Source: Oikopleura dioica
Lineage: Eukaryota; Animalia; Chordata
DNA: 64,000 nucleotides
Reading direction: 5' to 3'
NCBI GenBank assembly: GCA_907165135.1
Contig: OU015567.1
Span: 8,928,001-8,992,000, forward strand
The translations under genes were made by a program, and so were the position numbers. Within the stretch, counting starts at the first letter, position 1; each line of letters begins with the position of its first letter. The notes beneath the pieces are model-generated. The model did no database searches. It saw only the letters and a list, made by a program, of their open reading frames with translations, and was not told the origin of the DNA. Of the stretch, positions 36,385 through 53,812 are shown in pieces.

Positions 36385-37988
36385 TTAGGCTGCTGGACAT
36401 CGCTAAAAACGATTTAGGAAAACGAGAATGGTAAGAATTTCTTACCTTTTTGAACTCAAGAGGTTGAACATCCACTTTATTATCGCTGCCAAGTTTATAT
36501 CTGTAAAGCGTACACGCAGAGCCATTTATATCCAGCAGGGCAAAAGCAGGCTGGCATTTGTCCCCTGAAGACGTTGAAGCACCCGTTAAACTCCCAGGAT
36601 TGATGAACAAATTTCCGTCGATTTCATCAACCTGAAATTTTTCTTAGAATTCATCGAGTTTTTTCTAGAACGCATGAATGTTTTTCATCCTTTTTCAATG
36701 TGAACATTAGTTTGAAAAATCGCAAAATGAAAGGAGCAACGACCGATGAAGACATTGACTCCGAAGGGATGGTCAGTGATGTCGAAAAAACTATCAATAA
36801 ACAGAAAATAGTCTTGAAAGGAGAAATGGCTTCTATTATTGGTAAGTAAGAAAGGATGAAATGAAGCTAATTTGATTTTAGATAAAAAGCTAGACCAGAA
36901 GATAATCGAGCACCAAAAGGAAATAAAGCAATTGCAAGCAGTTATCCACAATTTGAGAACGCAGAATCGCGACTTTAGCAAGAAAGCTGACAAGAAATTG
37001 AAACTGTTGAACATGTCTGTCGACCAAATGAATCAGTTAACAGAAGATATTCAAACGCTTAAAAAAAAGACCGACAAGCTTGAAGATGGTAAGCTAAAAC
37101 ACAAAAGAGTTCTCTTCTTTGATTGCAATTTCATTTTTAGAGTGCCAAGAAATCCGTGACAAATTTGAAAATGCATCCACAAAGATTTCCAGCAATTTGA
37201 CAAATCTGAGCGATCTGGTACACACGAAGACGGCCGAACACGAGGCCGTGTTCAGCGACGTCCAAGGTGTAAGAGAAGACATGGAAGCGCGAAACAACGC
37301 TGTTGACGCCAACTTGAAAAAGAACCAGGAAATCGTGGACAGACAACTTCTCTTGCTCAAAGAAAAAATGCTCATTTCGATAGACGACGCCAAGGCAGAA
37401 GCCATCGAAGTCAGAAAAGAGAAGGGCGGCTGTGTCATTATGTGAATAACTGTACTTGCAATTTCTGTATATTCAAACTTCATCGAGGCAATAAACTATA
37501 TCTTTTTACATCAAAAAGAGTCCTACCTTTTGTTCGTGTGTACTCCCATGAACAAGAATGTCGACTTGCAGGGATCTTCGTACAGCTTCGAGGGCTTTTT
37601 GGGAGTTGTTAGGGAAGACTTGGTGCCCGTGAATCATGCCAATTGATAAGTTTCCAATTCGAACAACTTTTTCTAGAGAAATCTTATTTCATATATCCCG
37701 ATCCCGACTGACAATCATCAGCTTATCAAACAAATTCGAACCCTTCGCTAGTTCGTTCCTCGAAAACTTACCATCAGGCCACGAAGTCTCTGATCTATCG
37801 CAATCGCCCCTGACCACATGGACATCTCCAGCGATATTCCTCAAGAAATCAAGGCTCGTTCTTGAGGTCAAATTTCCACTGCAAAGGACGTGTTGAATCT
37901 TTCCAGGGACGAGTAGCTCTCGGAACTTTTTTGGAACATTTGGTGATCGTTCTGGCATATGTAGATCCGATACGAGTAAAACAAGCAT
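36385..37988 (-). CDS. VPS29: Retromer subunit VPS29
   Basis: MLVLLVSDLHMP...LLVPGKIQHVLCSGNL...DVHVVRGDCD, GMIHGHQVFP, LFINPGSLTGA. An 895-nt intron (37526-36632) hosts a nested gene. Confidence 0.95.
36727..37445 (+). CDS. Nested antisense coiled-coil protein ending in a CaaX box (208 aa)
   Basis: Three exons (36727-36841, 36882-37088, 37141-37445) with canonical GT-AG introns, heptad-rich sequence, C-terminus EVRKEKGGCVIM*. Confidence 0.8.
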
Positions 37989-38060
37989 TTTTATCTGAAG
38001 AAAATATAGGAAAGATTTCGAATTGAGCGAATGTGCATTTATACAGTATTGGAGCTAGAA

Positions 38061-39022
38061 TTACATGTCATAGAGAGTCCCGTCAGCAGGACCGATGTAT
38101 CCAGAACAGACTAATAAAATATCAACAACAGTCCAAACTCCCAGTCCCCCGAAACTCAGCAATTTTCCGACGCCACTCTTCCAATGACCCAAGTAAAATC
38201 GATCAACTCCAAATCCTCCCAAAAATATCGAATAAGCACATGCACTTGTTCGCTTTCTCCCACTCGTGAAATTGCACGGAAATCGACGAGAAAAGTCCCT
38301 TGAGCCGATGCAAAGATGGTCCTCCTTAACGCTGACGCTCATTTTGAAATGTGGGCGTTTGAAGAGATGACCAGCGTCTTTTGGCATTGTCCGGCAATTC
38401 CCAATTCGTGGGTCGTGGATCAGGGCAAGAGCGGCGTCCTTTTGAAGGTTGTTGAGGTATTTGGGGTCGGACATGTAGCACATTTCACACGTAAAAGTGA
38501 AGTTCTTCGCGGGCCGTTTAATTCCCAGGTCTTCGAAAGTTAGAAATGGTTATTCTTTACTTATGAAAACCTCGCATCTCAAGAAATTCTAACTCTTTCC
38601 TTTGAGTTCTTTTGAAAGGCGACATGAAGTCGACTGAGAAGATCTCTTCTTGCTCACTTCGCAAATTGTCCAGCTACTTTCTCCTTGAATGCATGTTCGG
38701 TTGGCAAAGTCACCCTTCGACACTTGATGGACGTTTTTCAAGGGGATTTCACAAGCTTCTTTGTTCAGCGAGCTGGTGAAGCACTCATCTGGCAATTCTT
38801 CGCATGGGTCGTGGGGCTTCCAGCATTCACTTTTTCTCGGCTTTAGCTGCTCTAGAAATGCATTTTTATCGCAGCAAATCATTTTTTTTAATATCTGACT
38901 GTAATATCGCTACCTTCCAACGCCGCAATACAATCATTTCTGCACTGACTATCGACCAACGGACATGTCTTCTCAAATAACCCAGCGACTTTCTCGAGTA
39001 CCAAAAACTCTAACAATCGCAT
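38061..39022 (-). CDS. TM2D3: TM2 domain-containing protein 3 (almondex-like)
   Basis: PCNFTSGRKRTSACAYSIFLGGFGVDRFYLGHWKSGVGKLLSFGGLGVWTVVD...GYIGPADGTLY. Cys-rich N-terminal ectodomain. Start codon inferred. Confidence 0.88.
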
Positions 39023-39473
39023 TTCATTTTTACACCAGTCTTTTCGAATTTAACTCTGAAAGGCCAATCAGAACGCCATAAAGCCAGAGCGCGCTTTTCA
39101 AACTTTTTGGATAGCGATTTTCCACGCGCTGCGCTCGTGGGCGACGAAATACGCTAAAAATGCGCTTTTCGCGAAAAATTTTATCTAAAAGTGAAATGAC
39201 GAACGAAAGAGAATTCTATTGAGACAATGGACTCATCAGAAATATATATTTTCTTTTTAATTTTTACTGTAAAATGAATACACTCATTTTTGTATATGTT
39301 TTAGATACAGTTTCAGATACTTCAGAATCTTGCAGAAACTATCTTCTGTTATTACTGTATTTAAAATGAATTAAATTCCGATAAACATGTTAGATCACCG
39401 TCATGTTGATCAAATAAATAAATATTATTAAAGTAGATTTATATAAATATATTTCTGATTTTCGTTAAATTAG

Positions 39474-45007
<5,534 letters not shown>

Positions 45008-45035
45008 AAATGACCTAACCCTAACCCACTCACAT

Positions 45036-45643
45036 CAGGGTGGCACAATTGGATTGGAATCCAATTCGGAACCTTGTCCAATTGGAATTGGATTGGAAAT
45101 TGGTTGGACAGGGGCATGAAATTTCGGGTCTTTCCAATTGGAAAATCAGATCCAATTGGAAAATTGGAGTCCAATTGGACGATTGGATTTTTACTCTCTC
45201 AGGCCCCAAAAAAGTGCAAAAAACGGGGTATTTCGTGATAAAGAGATATTTTTAGGCGTTCAATAGTCTAGGAACATTAATCATCGATCAAAAATCAGGG
45301 AAATAGAGTTAAGTTCCGTTAAAAATATGACTTTAACTTCTAAAAAATCGCCTTAACTTTAGCGGGAAGGGCTTTGGATCCTATTTTATCCGCTTGTTTT
45401 CCTTGTGAAGCGGATTTTTCAGTCGGAAAGGGGATGCAAATGGGCAATTGGATGTTCGATTGGTCAAAAAAGGTTTCGATTTGATCGCAATTCCAATTGG
45501 AAACCTATTTTCCAATTGGAAAGTAAATTTCCAATTGGAATTGGAATTGGATTAGTAATTGGTTGGATTGGACAAAAAGCGATTGGATTGGATTGGCAAT
45601 TGGTTGGATTGACCAAGAATTTTTTTCCAATTGTGCCACCCTG
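45036..45643. mobile_element. Third hAT-like MITE (608 bp) just downstream of the CYFIP stop codon
   Basis: 17-bp TIR CAGGGTGGCACAATTGG, flanking direct repeat CTCACAT (45029-35 / 45644-50), dense CCAATTGG/ATTGG subterminal repeats. Confidence 0.88.
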
Positions 45644-45958
45644 CTCACATCACCACTAACGTCTATGTTACTCCTTGTTTGTCCTGTTTATGTTTATTCT
45701 CACACACTTTTCTCCCAAAAATATACTTCACCGCAACAAAGTTCCAATTAAAAAGGGTCGCTGCAAAAAATCACATTCCACTACTATAGAATATTCTAAA
45801 TGACACTTATCCTTTTGCTCTTATCCTCATTCAATCTTCCTTCACTGATCTTTGTATGTACATATTCCCAGTCCTGATTCTTATGACTGTAATTCATTCT
45901 AATAAACGGTTCTGCTATCCTTCTATATAAAGAAACACTAGAAAACGAGTCACTTTAG

Positions 45959-46574
45959 ATGGAGAGTGCAAAGCTTGAAAAGATCACAGTGCCCGCACAG
46001 TCAGTTGAAGCCTCTGCGGAAGATACAGTCGATCGACTCAAGAAGCATCCTTGCGGAAGCCAACTTGCTTGGATGCTCTTCCGTGCCATGGACGAAGAAA
46101 AGTTTCTGTCGTTCTTTGATTCCCTGATGCCTCTGAACGATGGCCCGATTGATCATCTATTGAACGAAACTCAATGCATGGGTTTCTTATTGAAGCGTTT
46201 CATCGACAACGACTTGTCTGGTCGAACACTTCGGTATTACAACATCTTCAAGCAAACGTACGAACGAGAGCCAAACTTGAGCGGAATTGCGTGGATCTTG
46301 AAGGAAGCAAAAGTACAAGAGATCAAGGAAAGAATGGCAAAACGAAAGGTGTGGATAGTTATAAATCAACGAACTCACCAAATAATTTCTTCAGGCAGAC
46401 ATTCAAAGAATCATTGATTGGTTTCATGATCCTTTTGATGAAATTGCTACAGAATTACGAGAGGCGTGCGATCAGTCTGTCCAAACAGAAGATTATTCCG
46501 ATAATGATGAGGAAGAATTGACTGACGATCAAGACTCGCCTGTTTTTTACATCTTTCATCCCGACGCTTCATAA
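45959..46574 (+). CDS. Uncharacterised 2-exon protein with an acidic tail (paralog of 50898-52053)
   Basis: ORF 45959-46350, GT-AG intron, final exon ending ...SPVFYIFHPDAS*. AG directly precedes the ATG. Confidence 0.75.
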
Positions 46575-47325
46575 ATTCCCATGCACATCGCATCACTACC
46601 AGTTATCGCCACAGTTAAAATTACAGTAATAAAGCTCAAAAATAAACATCGTCATCTTTTATTGCGTCAAAAATGACGGGCCTCGCACTTGCGCGAACTT
46701 GCGTTGCATTTACTTTTCGCATCTAAGAATAAATGGGCAATGAATGCATCTTTTTGGCCCCAGGCGTGTGCGTCAATCATTGATGAGTTGTCATTCTTAC
46801 TCTGAATTATTTGTATTGACGGGTCTTGGCAGAAAGTCGGTCACTGAAGAGCAGACAGTTTCAAACTGTTTTCATTGATTTTCTATTTAGACTTAACTTT
46901 CAGTAGAGTACTTTTTAAAATAGAGATTTATCTTTTCATAGTTACGACTATTCAAGCCAAGATTTTAACGAGTTCTGAATCGGAGCTTATTAATTTTTCA
47001 GTGAATGTTTTAACAGAGTTGCTCTCGCTTCATTGAAAAGTATTGAGTAGTATCTATCATTTTTCGCCATCCAGTCGTACTCGTACAAATCGCGATATTG
47101 ATCCACGTTGGCGCTCTCTACCCAGCTGAATATGAATATTATTCCCCCAGTAGCTCAAATAGACCATAAGGAATCACTCAAGACTCACACACACACACTT
47201 GCCTCATACTTGCCAGAAATCAATTCAAATCCAATCAAACCCAAAAACTTGATGGAATTAAGAATGATAACGTGACATGAGAGATTGAGGAAGAACTGTA
47301 TCGAAAGATTCGTCGAGAAAAAAAG

Positions 47326-50300
47326 ATGTTCGAGCTGGATTTCATGGGCCTGGCGGTCCTAGACCCGGAGTTCTCTAGACCGATGCTGCCTTGGGTCGTA
47401 AGAGAAGTCATCTTTAGGTAGGAAAACTTTGAATAATTATAAATGATCATTTATCACTGCATCATGTTCATATGCTGAATTCTAGAGCAGAGCCACACAA
47501 AGTAAACCTGTCCGTTGACAACGATCAGGTGAAATTCCAAGACGCAAACGACTCCTCGCCCAAAGTAGAGAACTCATTCCAATCCGATGGATATAAAATC
47601 AAAGGTTACTAACCCCCCTAAAACCGCATTTAGCTTCATCCCCAATCGATAGACAAAATAAGCTGATTCTGGATTTAGACGTTTACCACCCTGCTCATGA
47701 ACCAACTTCATTTGCTTTTGTCACTCGCGAAGCTGCCTCTACACCGTGTTCTTGTTATGTCTTTAAAAATGAGTCCGTCGAACTTGTTGAACAAATTGTC
47801 AAAAAGTTGAAGCACGAAATAGGCTCTGGAAAACGAAAAAGACTCGGGGAAACGTCAGGTTTGAATATTTTTCAATTTGGCTTTGAATTTAATGATTCAA
47901 TCAGGAGAAAGCGAGGTGATATCGTATGAAGTGCTCCTTCTGAACAAAACGCCAATCTACACAGAAAAGCCCTCTCAGGACATTATCGATAATTTAATTG
48001 AGCAATCCAAGTCTCAATCTGCCACGAGCACGCGCCCAGAAAGTGCCAATGGCACGAACGAGTTCTCAGTCGACATTTCCACCAGGAATCGTGGCCTCAT
48101 ATCCAGTGATATTTCAACGGGCGTCTCTGACGATCGAGCTGGAAGATCTGTTATTGAAAACAAACGAAAGGAATTTACGAGACAGAGAAGTCATAGGAAA
48201 GGGTCAATATTTTACTTTTTGTTGTGTTTTTCATTCATTTCTTGGCCTAAAACAAAGCTACGATACATCAAACTACAAGCACGAAAACAAGACAAAAATC
48301 TTCCAAATCGGAATCGACAGATTAACCGTCATCGATACCGATGGCCCTGGTGTGATTGATGTCAAGTTCACACGCGTGTCTAGATGTGTTCAAGGCGTCA
48401 AGCATCCGAATTCATTTGGTTTCGTCGCCCGTGATCCGCGTAAACGAGCTCAAGTCAATGGCAATACAGGATCGAGTTCATCTAATCTCCTGAGAATATA
48501 TTTTCTTTATTCGAAAACGGCCGAAAATGAGCTCGGGCAAGGTGGCCAAATGGAGTTTTACTTCTACATCTTCGAGTGCTTCGACGAGCAGACATGCGAA
48601 GACATCATGGGAGCCATAAAACAGGCGTTCTCTGCTTCTATGCGCCCCATCACTCCTCTCCACACCTTTCACAGACTATGCGTCCGCCTTAACCACACTC
48701 AGGATCTGAATCAACGACTCAGCCTCGTCTCTGGCGTCATTGAGCAGATCTCAGAAGGGGAGAAGTTCTATATTGATCAGAAGTTGAAGGTATACATGTT
48801 TGTTTATATATTCTTAATAAAAGATAGGCTATCTTAGATAGCTCAATTTCAATTTAGGAATTGAATGTATTTGCGCATCGCAATTATTATCGATTTTTCA
48901 GTCATTGACGCCTGGCAGTGGTACTGAGAGATTAGTCTTTCAAGTCTCAGTATTGCGAGAAATATTCGAAGTGAAAAACAGAGAGATGCAACTGTCCATG
49001 AGCTCCTCAAAAAAGGTAGGATTTTGTCTGATTCGCTCAAGATCTATTAGCTTTTTAGTCGCCAATTGGGCAAGGGCAAGGTATCAATGTAAAAAAAGTC
49101 GAAGACTTGGCGAATAGGCTTGGGAGTAAGTTCTCCCTTCTTTCTCGGAATATGACACAGAACATTCAAACCATGAGTGATAAGCTCGGCGAGTCGGGGA
49201 TGAACTTGGCTGACAAAGTTCGCACTGCAAGAGCGAACAACTCGCAGAGGCCGGATTCAAGGGTCTCATTATCCAATACATTCCCCGTTAGTAGCTTGTG
49301 TCGTAAATTTGTTGTCTTTGGGTTCATTACTGTCTCCATTTACATGTCGTTTCAATCAGTTATCAACAGTTTGATTTAATCAAATTAAATTTGCATGTGA
49401 TTAGCAAAAAGGTTGTTAATTAGTCCATTCGTACTGTGCAGCACAGTCTGTGCTAGTTGAAAATCGTTTTTATAAGCTTACTTGTAGGTGGAGCAAAACT
49501 CCGTCATTTCCGACGAAAGAAGGACGAATGGATTGAGCACTCCTGTCAGAGACTTGGAGGAAGTGAGCTTCGAATCGAATGATATTGACTCAGTTCAGCA
49601 TTTCAGGTGAGGAATATTCCTATAGTCATTTCATGACCATTGTTATATGCTGCGCTTTTGATGTATTGCCATTTTAATGGTCCTTGAATTAAGCCCCGCG
49701 AAATCACTGCGTCAGCAGATTTACGAGTCCGTGAGCTCTAATGCTACTGTTTCAAATGTAAGTATTCCCTTTCATTTCTTCAGCCCAATTTTCTTACCCC
49801 TTCATTATTCAGAGTCCTCGACCGTCGTATAAAGACAAAGAAATAAAAAAAGACCTCTCAACGCCGGACTCTATCAGGAATTCACTTCACCAAATAGAAG
49901 AAGAAAACGCACTGCTAGAAAGAATAAAACAAAGAATATCCGAACTCGAGAAGATGTCGCCCGAAGAGGCTGGTCCTCTTCAACAGAAGCTCTGGGCGGA
50001 TCTTGGGCTTGATACTGTAGCTGCCGAGAGTAAAGTTAATGGAGCTGGGGAGGGGAGGAAAAACGAGACTGTTAAATTGATCCCTCCAGGGGTGATACAC
50101 GCCGCTACGAGCCACGCAGGTATTGTTAAATCTGACTTTTACAACTGTCGAGGCGTTTTTATTGCAAATTTTTCAATGCGGTTCAGTTCCCGAGGAAATC
50201 CGAGGCGAAGTTTGGAAGTTCCTGATCAAGCAGCGAGAGCACCGCCATGGCGTCAAATTCACATCTTCTTTCAAAACCCTTATCAATCAACTAGCACCGC

Positions 50301-52723
50301 CTGGGCAAGCGCATTCTATCCTAATTGACCTCTGCCGCACATTCCCTAAACACCGACAGTTTCGTGAGAGTCTCGCTCAATCAAGTGGTCAGAAAAGCCT
50401 CTATAATGTTCTCAAGGCTTATTGTTTACTCGACGATGAAGTTGGTTACTGCCAGGGATTGAGTTTTGTTGTTGGTTTGATTCTTATTTACTTACCTGCT
50501 GAGGAAGATGCTTTTGCTGTCCTGAGGTAAGATTCATTGAGTATTCGTGAATAAGCACGTCTCGAACGAGTCCCAAGATGAATCAAATTTACAACTTATT
50601 TCAAGGCATTTGATGTTCGAATGCAACATGCGCCGATTTTACATGCCGGACATGGCGGCGCTTCAAGAAGCAATGTACCAACTCTCGCGTCTCCTAGCAG
50701 AACTAGAACCAACTCTTTATGAATTCCTGGAATCGCATTGTGTCACTCCCGTTCTTTACCTAACCCCGTGGTTCCTAACGCTCTTTGCTTCAAACTTTCC
50801 GATGTCCTTTTCCAGCCGTGTTTTAGGTAAGATTTTTTTACAAAAAGCAAAATAGATAAATGGCAGTCACTGACAGAATGATTGATTTTTCAAAATTTTA
50901 TTCATCTTCAACGAACTTGATTGAGACCATGTCTTCTTCAGAGGAAGATGTGTCGAACTCTTCAATTCTTGGAAATGCATCTTCCAAGTCTTGAATCGAC
51001 CGGTGATTTTCTTTCTTTCTTTTGCTCCTTGAAAATTGAGGCTTTTTCTTTTCCAATCGCTTTTTCAACTCTTCCAGGGTAATTTCATTGAGTGTTTCGA
51101 ATTCGAGCATAACTTCATTTGTAGTTACAGACGCACCGGGCCAAGCAGGGCCTAAAAGCCTCATTATAAGTGATTTTTTTTGAAACAACTTACTTGAAAA
51201 GACGATAACTGAAAGAATCGTTCCATGAGTAACATCTTTAATCTTCTGGTTCGTGCTCTCGTATTCGGGCCAGTCGTAGATTGTGTTGATTTGCTGGAGA
51301 TTATAAACAGGGCTTTCCGACTGGGGAATTATTCGATAAGCCCCGATCCAAGTTGTTCGTTTAGCTTTTGGTCCAAGGCAGCTTTTTACTTTGAAATAAT
51401 CTTTCCACCACTTCGGAGCGTCTTTTTCGCACTTTTCAACTGATGCGTTGAATTTCCAATGCGTCGAGAATCCGCATTGAACGACCAGCTAAAACCTCTT
51501 ATTGGAAATCATTGCTCCTTTACTTACGTAAGACTCTCTCTTGCAGCAAATCGTCTTTACGTACAACTCGGAATCAATGTATCGAAAGATTTTGATCATT
51601 CCAGAAAGATTCGGGGCCTTCTCAAAACGACTTCTGTAGAAATCCAGCCATTCGACGACGCACTCACATTTTGACTGACTAAGTTTAAATAACCGTTAAA
51701 TTGTTTTTATTATTACATATCTAGTACCACAAGGTGTTGCTTATCAGAACTGGCTCATCATTGTACTCTTTCGCATATTTTTGCAGCAGCAGATCGCACG
51801 AATCTGAACTGAGGATGTCGTCGAAAGGTGGATTTTCTTCGTCGACTCCGAGGACTTTTTCGCATTCAAGGAACTCCTTGACATTCATCCTTGAGAATAT
51901 CAGATAGCCGAGTTTGTCAGCTTCGGGGTGATTGCGAATCTTCATCAGAGTCTCGCGCTGGATTTTGCAGCTGATCATTATCCAATTCCAGTAATTCTTC
52001 GAGCTTGGGTCCTTCGTCTCATCATCGCCCGAGCGGTATTTTATCAGTGACATTTATGATCGTTTTCTTAAAAAATAATGTTTTCATTGAATTTTGTTCT
52101 AGAGAGCATTAAACCCTGTTTTCAGATCTTGTGCTTGCACAAGGCCCCTCTGCCATATTCAAAATCGCCCTCTCCTTATTCCAACAGTACAAAGAGTACA
52201 TCATCAAGCTCGACGGGTTCGAAGCCGTCGCTGACTTTATCAAAAATCGAATTAACTGCCCAGATGAAGAGACATCAAAAGAAATATTCCAACGCGCAGG
52301 CAAAATCGACCTTAGAACGCGGCTCGAAGTGTTTGGGGCTGAATACGTCGTTTTGTCCGAAATGGATATGATCAAGGAGCCTGGACAGGTTCATTGGTCG
52401 CCTAGTAAAAATCTCGTCAGAGATCTGAGGGTGGAGAATAGAAAGCTTAGAGAACAGGTCAGTAATCGGATATCAAGATGCTCTCAACATCCTATATTCA
52501 GCTGACAATCCAAGAAACTCAAATCCAAGCGCTTCAAGACTCCCTCTCCGAAATCCAAGACCAAGCCCTTCAACAAAAAGATCATCAGCAAGTCGTCTCC
52601 GATCTCGTCAAAGAAAGAAACGAGCTAAAAATCCTCGTCCAAAAACTTTCCGAGCAGCTGGGAAATCTCTCCGCAGAACAAAGTCTATCTGGTGGCGCTT
52701 CGCGGGTGGCAAGTCCGACGTAG
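47326..52723 (+). CDS. TBC1D1: TBC1D1/TBC1D4 (AS160)-like Rab GAP: PTB domains, TBC domain, coiled coil
   Basis: LDPEFSRPMLPWVVRE (PTB), GVPEEIRGEVWKFL, ILIDLCRTFPKH, YCLLDDEVGYCQGLSFV, LYLTPWFLTLFASNFP. 5' end uncertain. Confidence 0.88.
50898..52053 (-). CDS. Nested antisense uncharacterised protein (4 exons) in a TBC1D intron
   Basis: Fills intron 50827-52125. The GT-AG spliced reading is continuous from MSLIKYRSG... to ...EEDMVSIKFVEDE*. Confidence 0.75.
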
Positions 52724-53812
52724 CTTTAATTTAATTCATGTTTTATAAATTTGCAATCTTATTATTGAATAAATATTTATCTTTCTATGTTCAAACACTT
52801 CTAAAAACAACTATCTTCAAATGAAAAATCATCCAACCCTTCTATTCTTGCATAGCAACTTCATGTCATTTTTACTACTTCTAGAACTGCTTCTAGCGAT
52901 ATTCAACCTTTCTCTTGTTGAGAATCTGTTCATTTTTTACTACCAACTATGCCATTGTATACCTATTGAGAAAATGTGCAATCTGACGTAAAACGCTTTA
53001 GTAAAAGAATTCCTTGTCACGTGCCAGGAAGTAAAAAGATCGCAAAGTAAAGAAAATCCAATTGTTCAGTGCCAATACTACAATACATATATTATTATTC
53101 AGCAAACAGTCAAGTCTTGTGATTCCTTTTATCGGCTAAATAATTATGACGTGAGTAGTAGCGTAACGCGTGGTTTTTATAGAGATGAGTTAAAGAAAGA
53201 AGTCATTTCGAGGAAGACATCGTTATTCGAATTCAAAAATTTTAAGAAGAAAAAACACAGTTTCAAAGGAAGATTCTGTTTTTACGGTGAGTTTATAAGA
53301 ATTTCTAGGAATATTATCGATTAAAGGGGGCAATAAATTGTGTAGGAATACGAATCCTAGGCGTGTTGATTATTTTTACTAGTCGGATATTTTGTCAGAA
53401 AGAGAAATAATCTAAAATAACTTTGATTCCGTTAAAAATATCACGGGATCGATGAATCGTTTCTGATAAGAGCCCTAATTATCCCATAATGTCTACCAAA
53501 CAGACGAGTGTGTTGTTGTTTCAAAATTGCTAGATTTTATTTGCTTTTCGCACATTTTTTTTGCATTTTTGACCGCATTATCCACTTTTGTTCATAACGG
53601 TCTTTTTCGCACTCTGCTTGTCGGCGGAATAGAGCCCTCTTGAGTTCACGGATGTTGGCGCTCGAATACTACTACTGTCGACTACGCTTTGTTGCGAACT
53701 TTTTAAATTCAGCAAATATTAGCACCAGCGAGAGAGCAGTAATCAGAGAACTAGTGCATTTTTTGAAGAAGCAGTTCTGTACTTCTCGTGAAAGTAAACA
53801 ATTGATTTAGAG

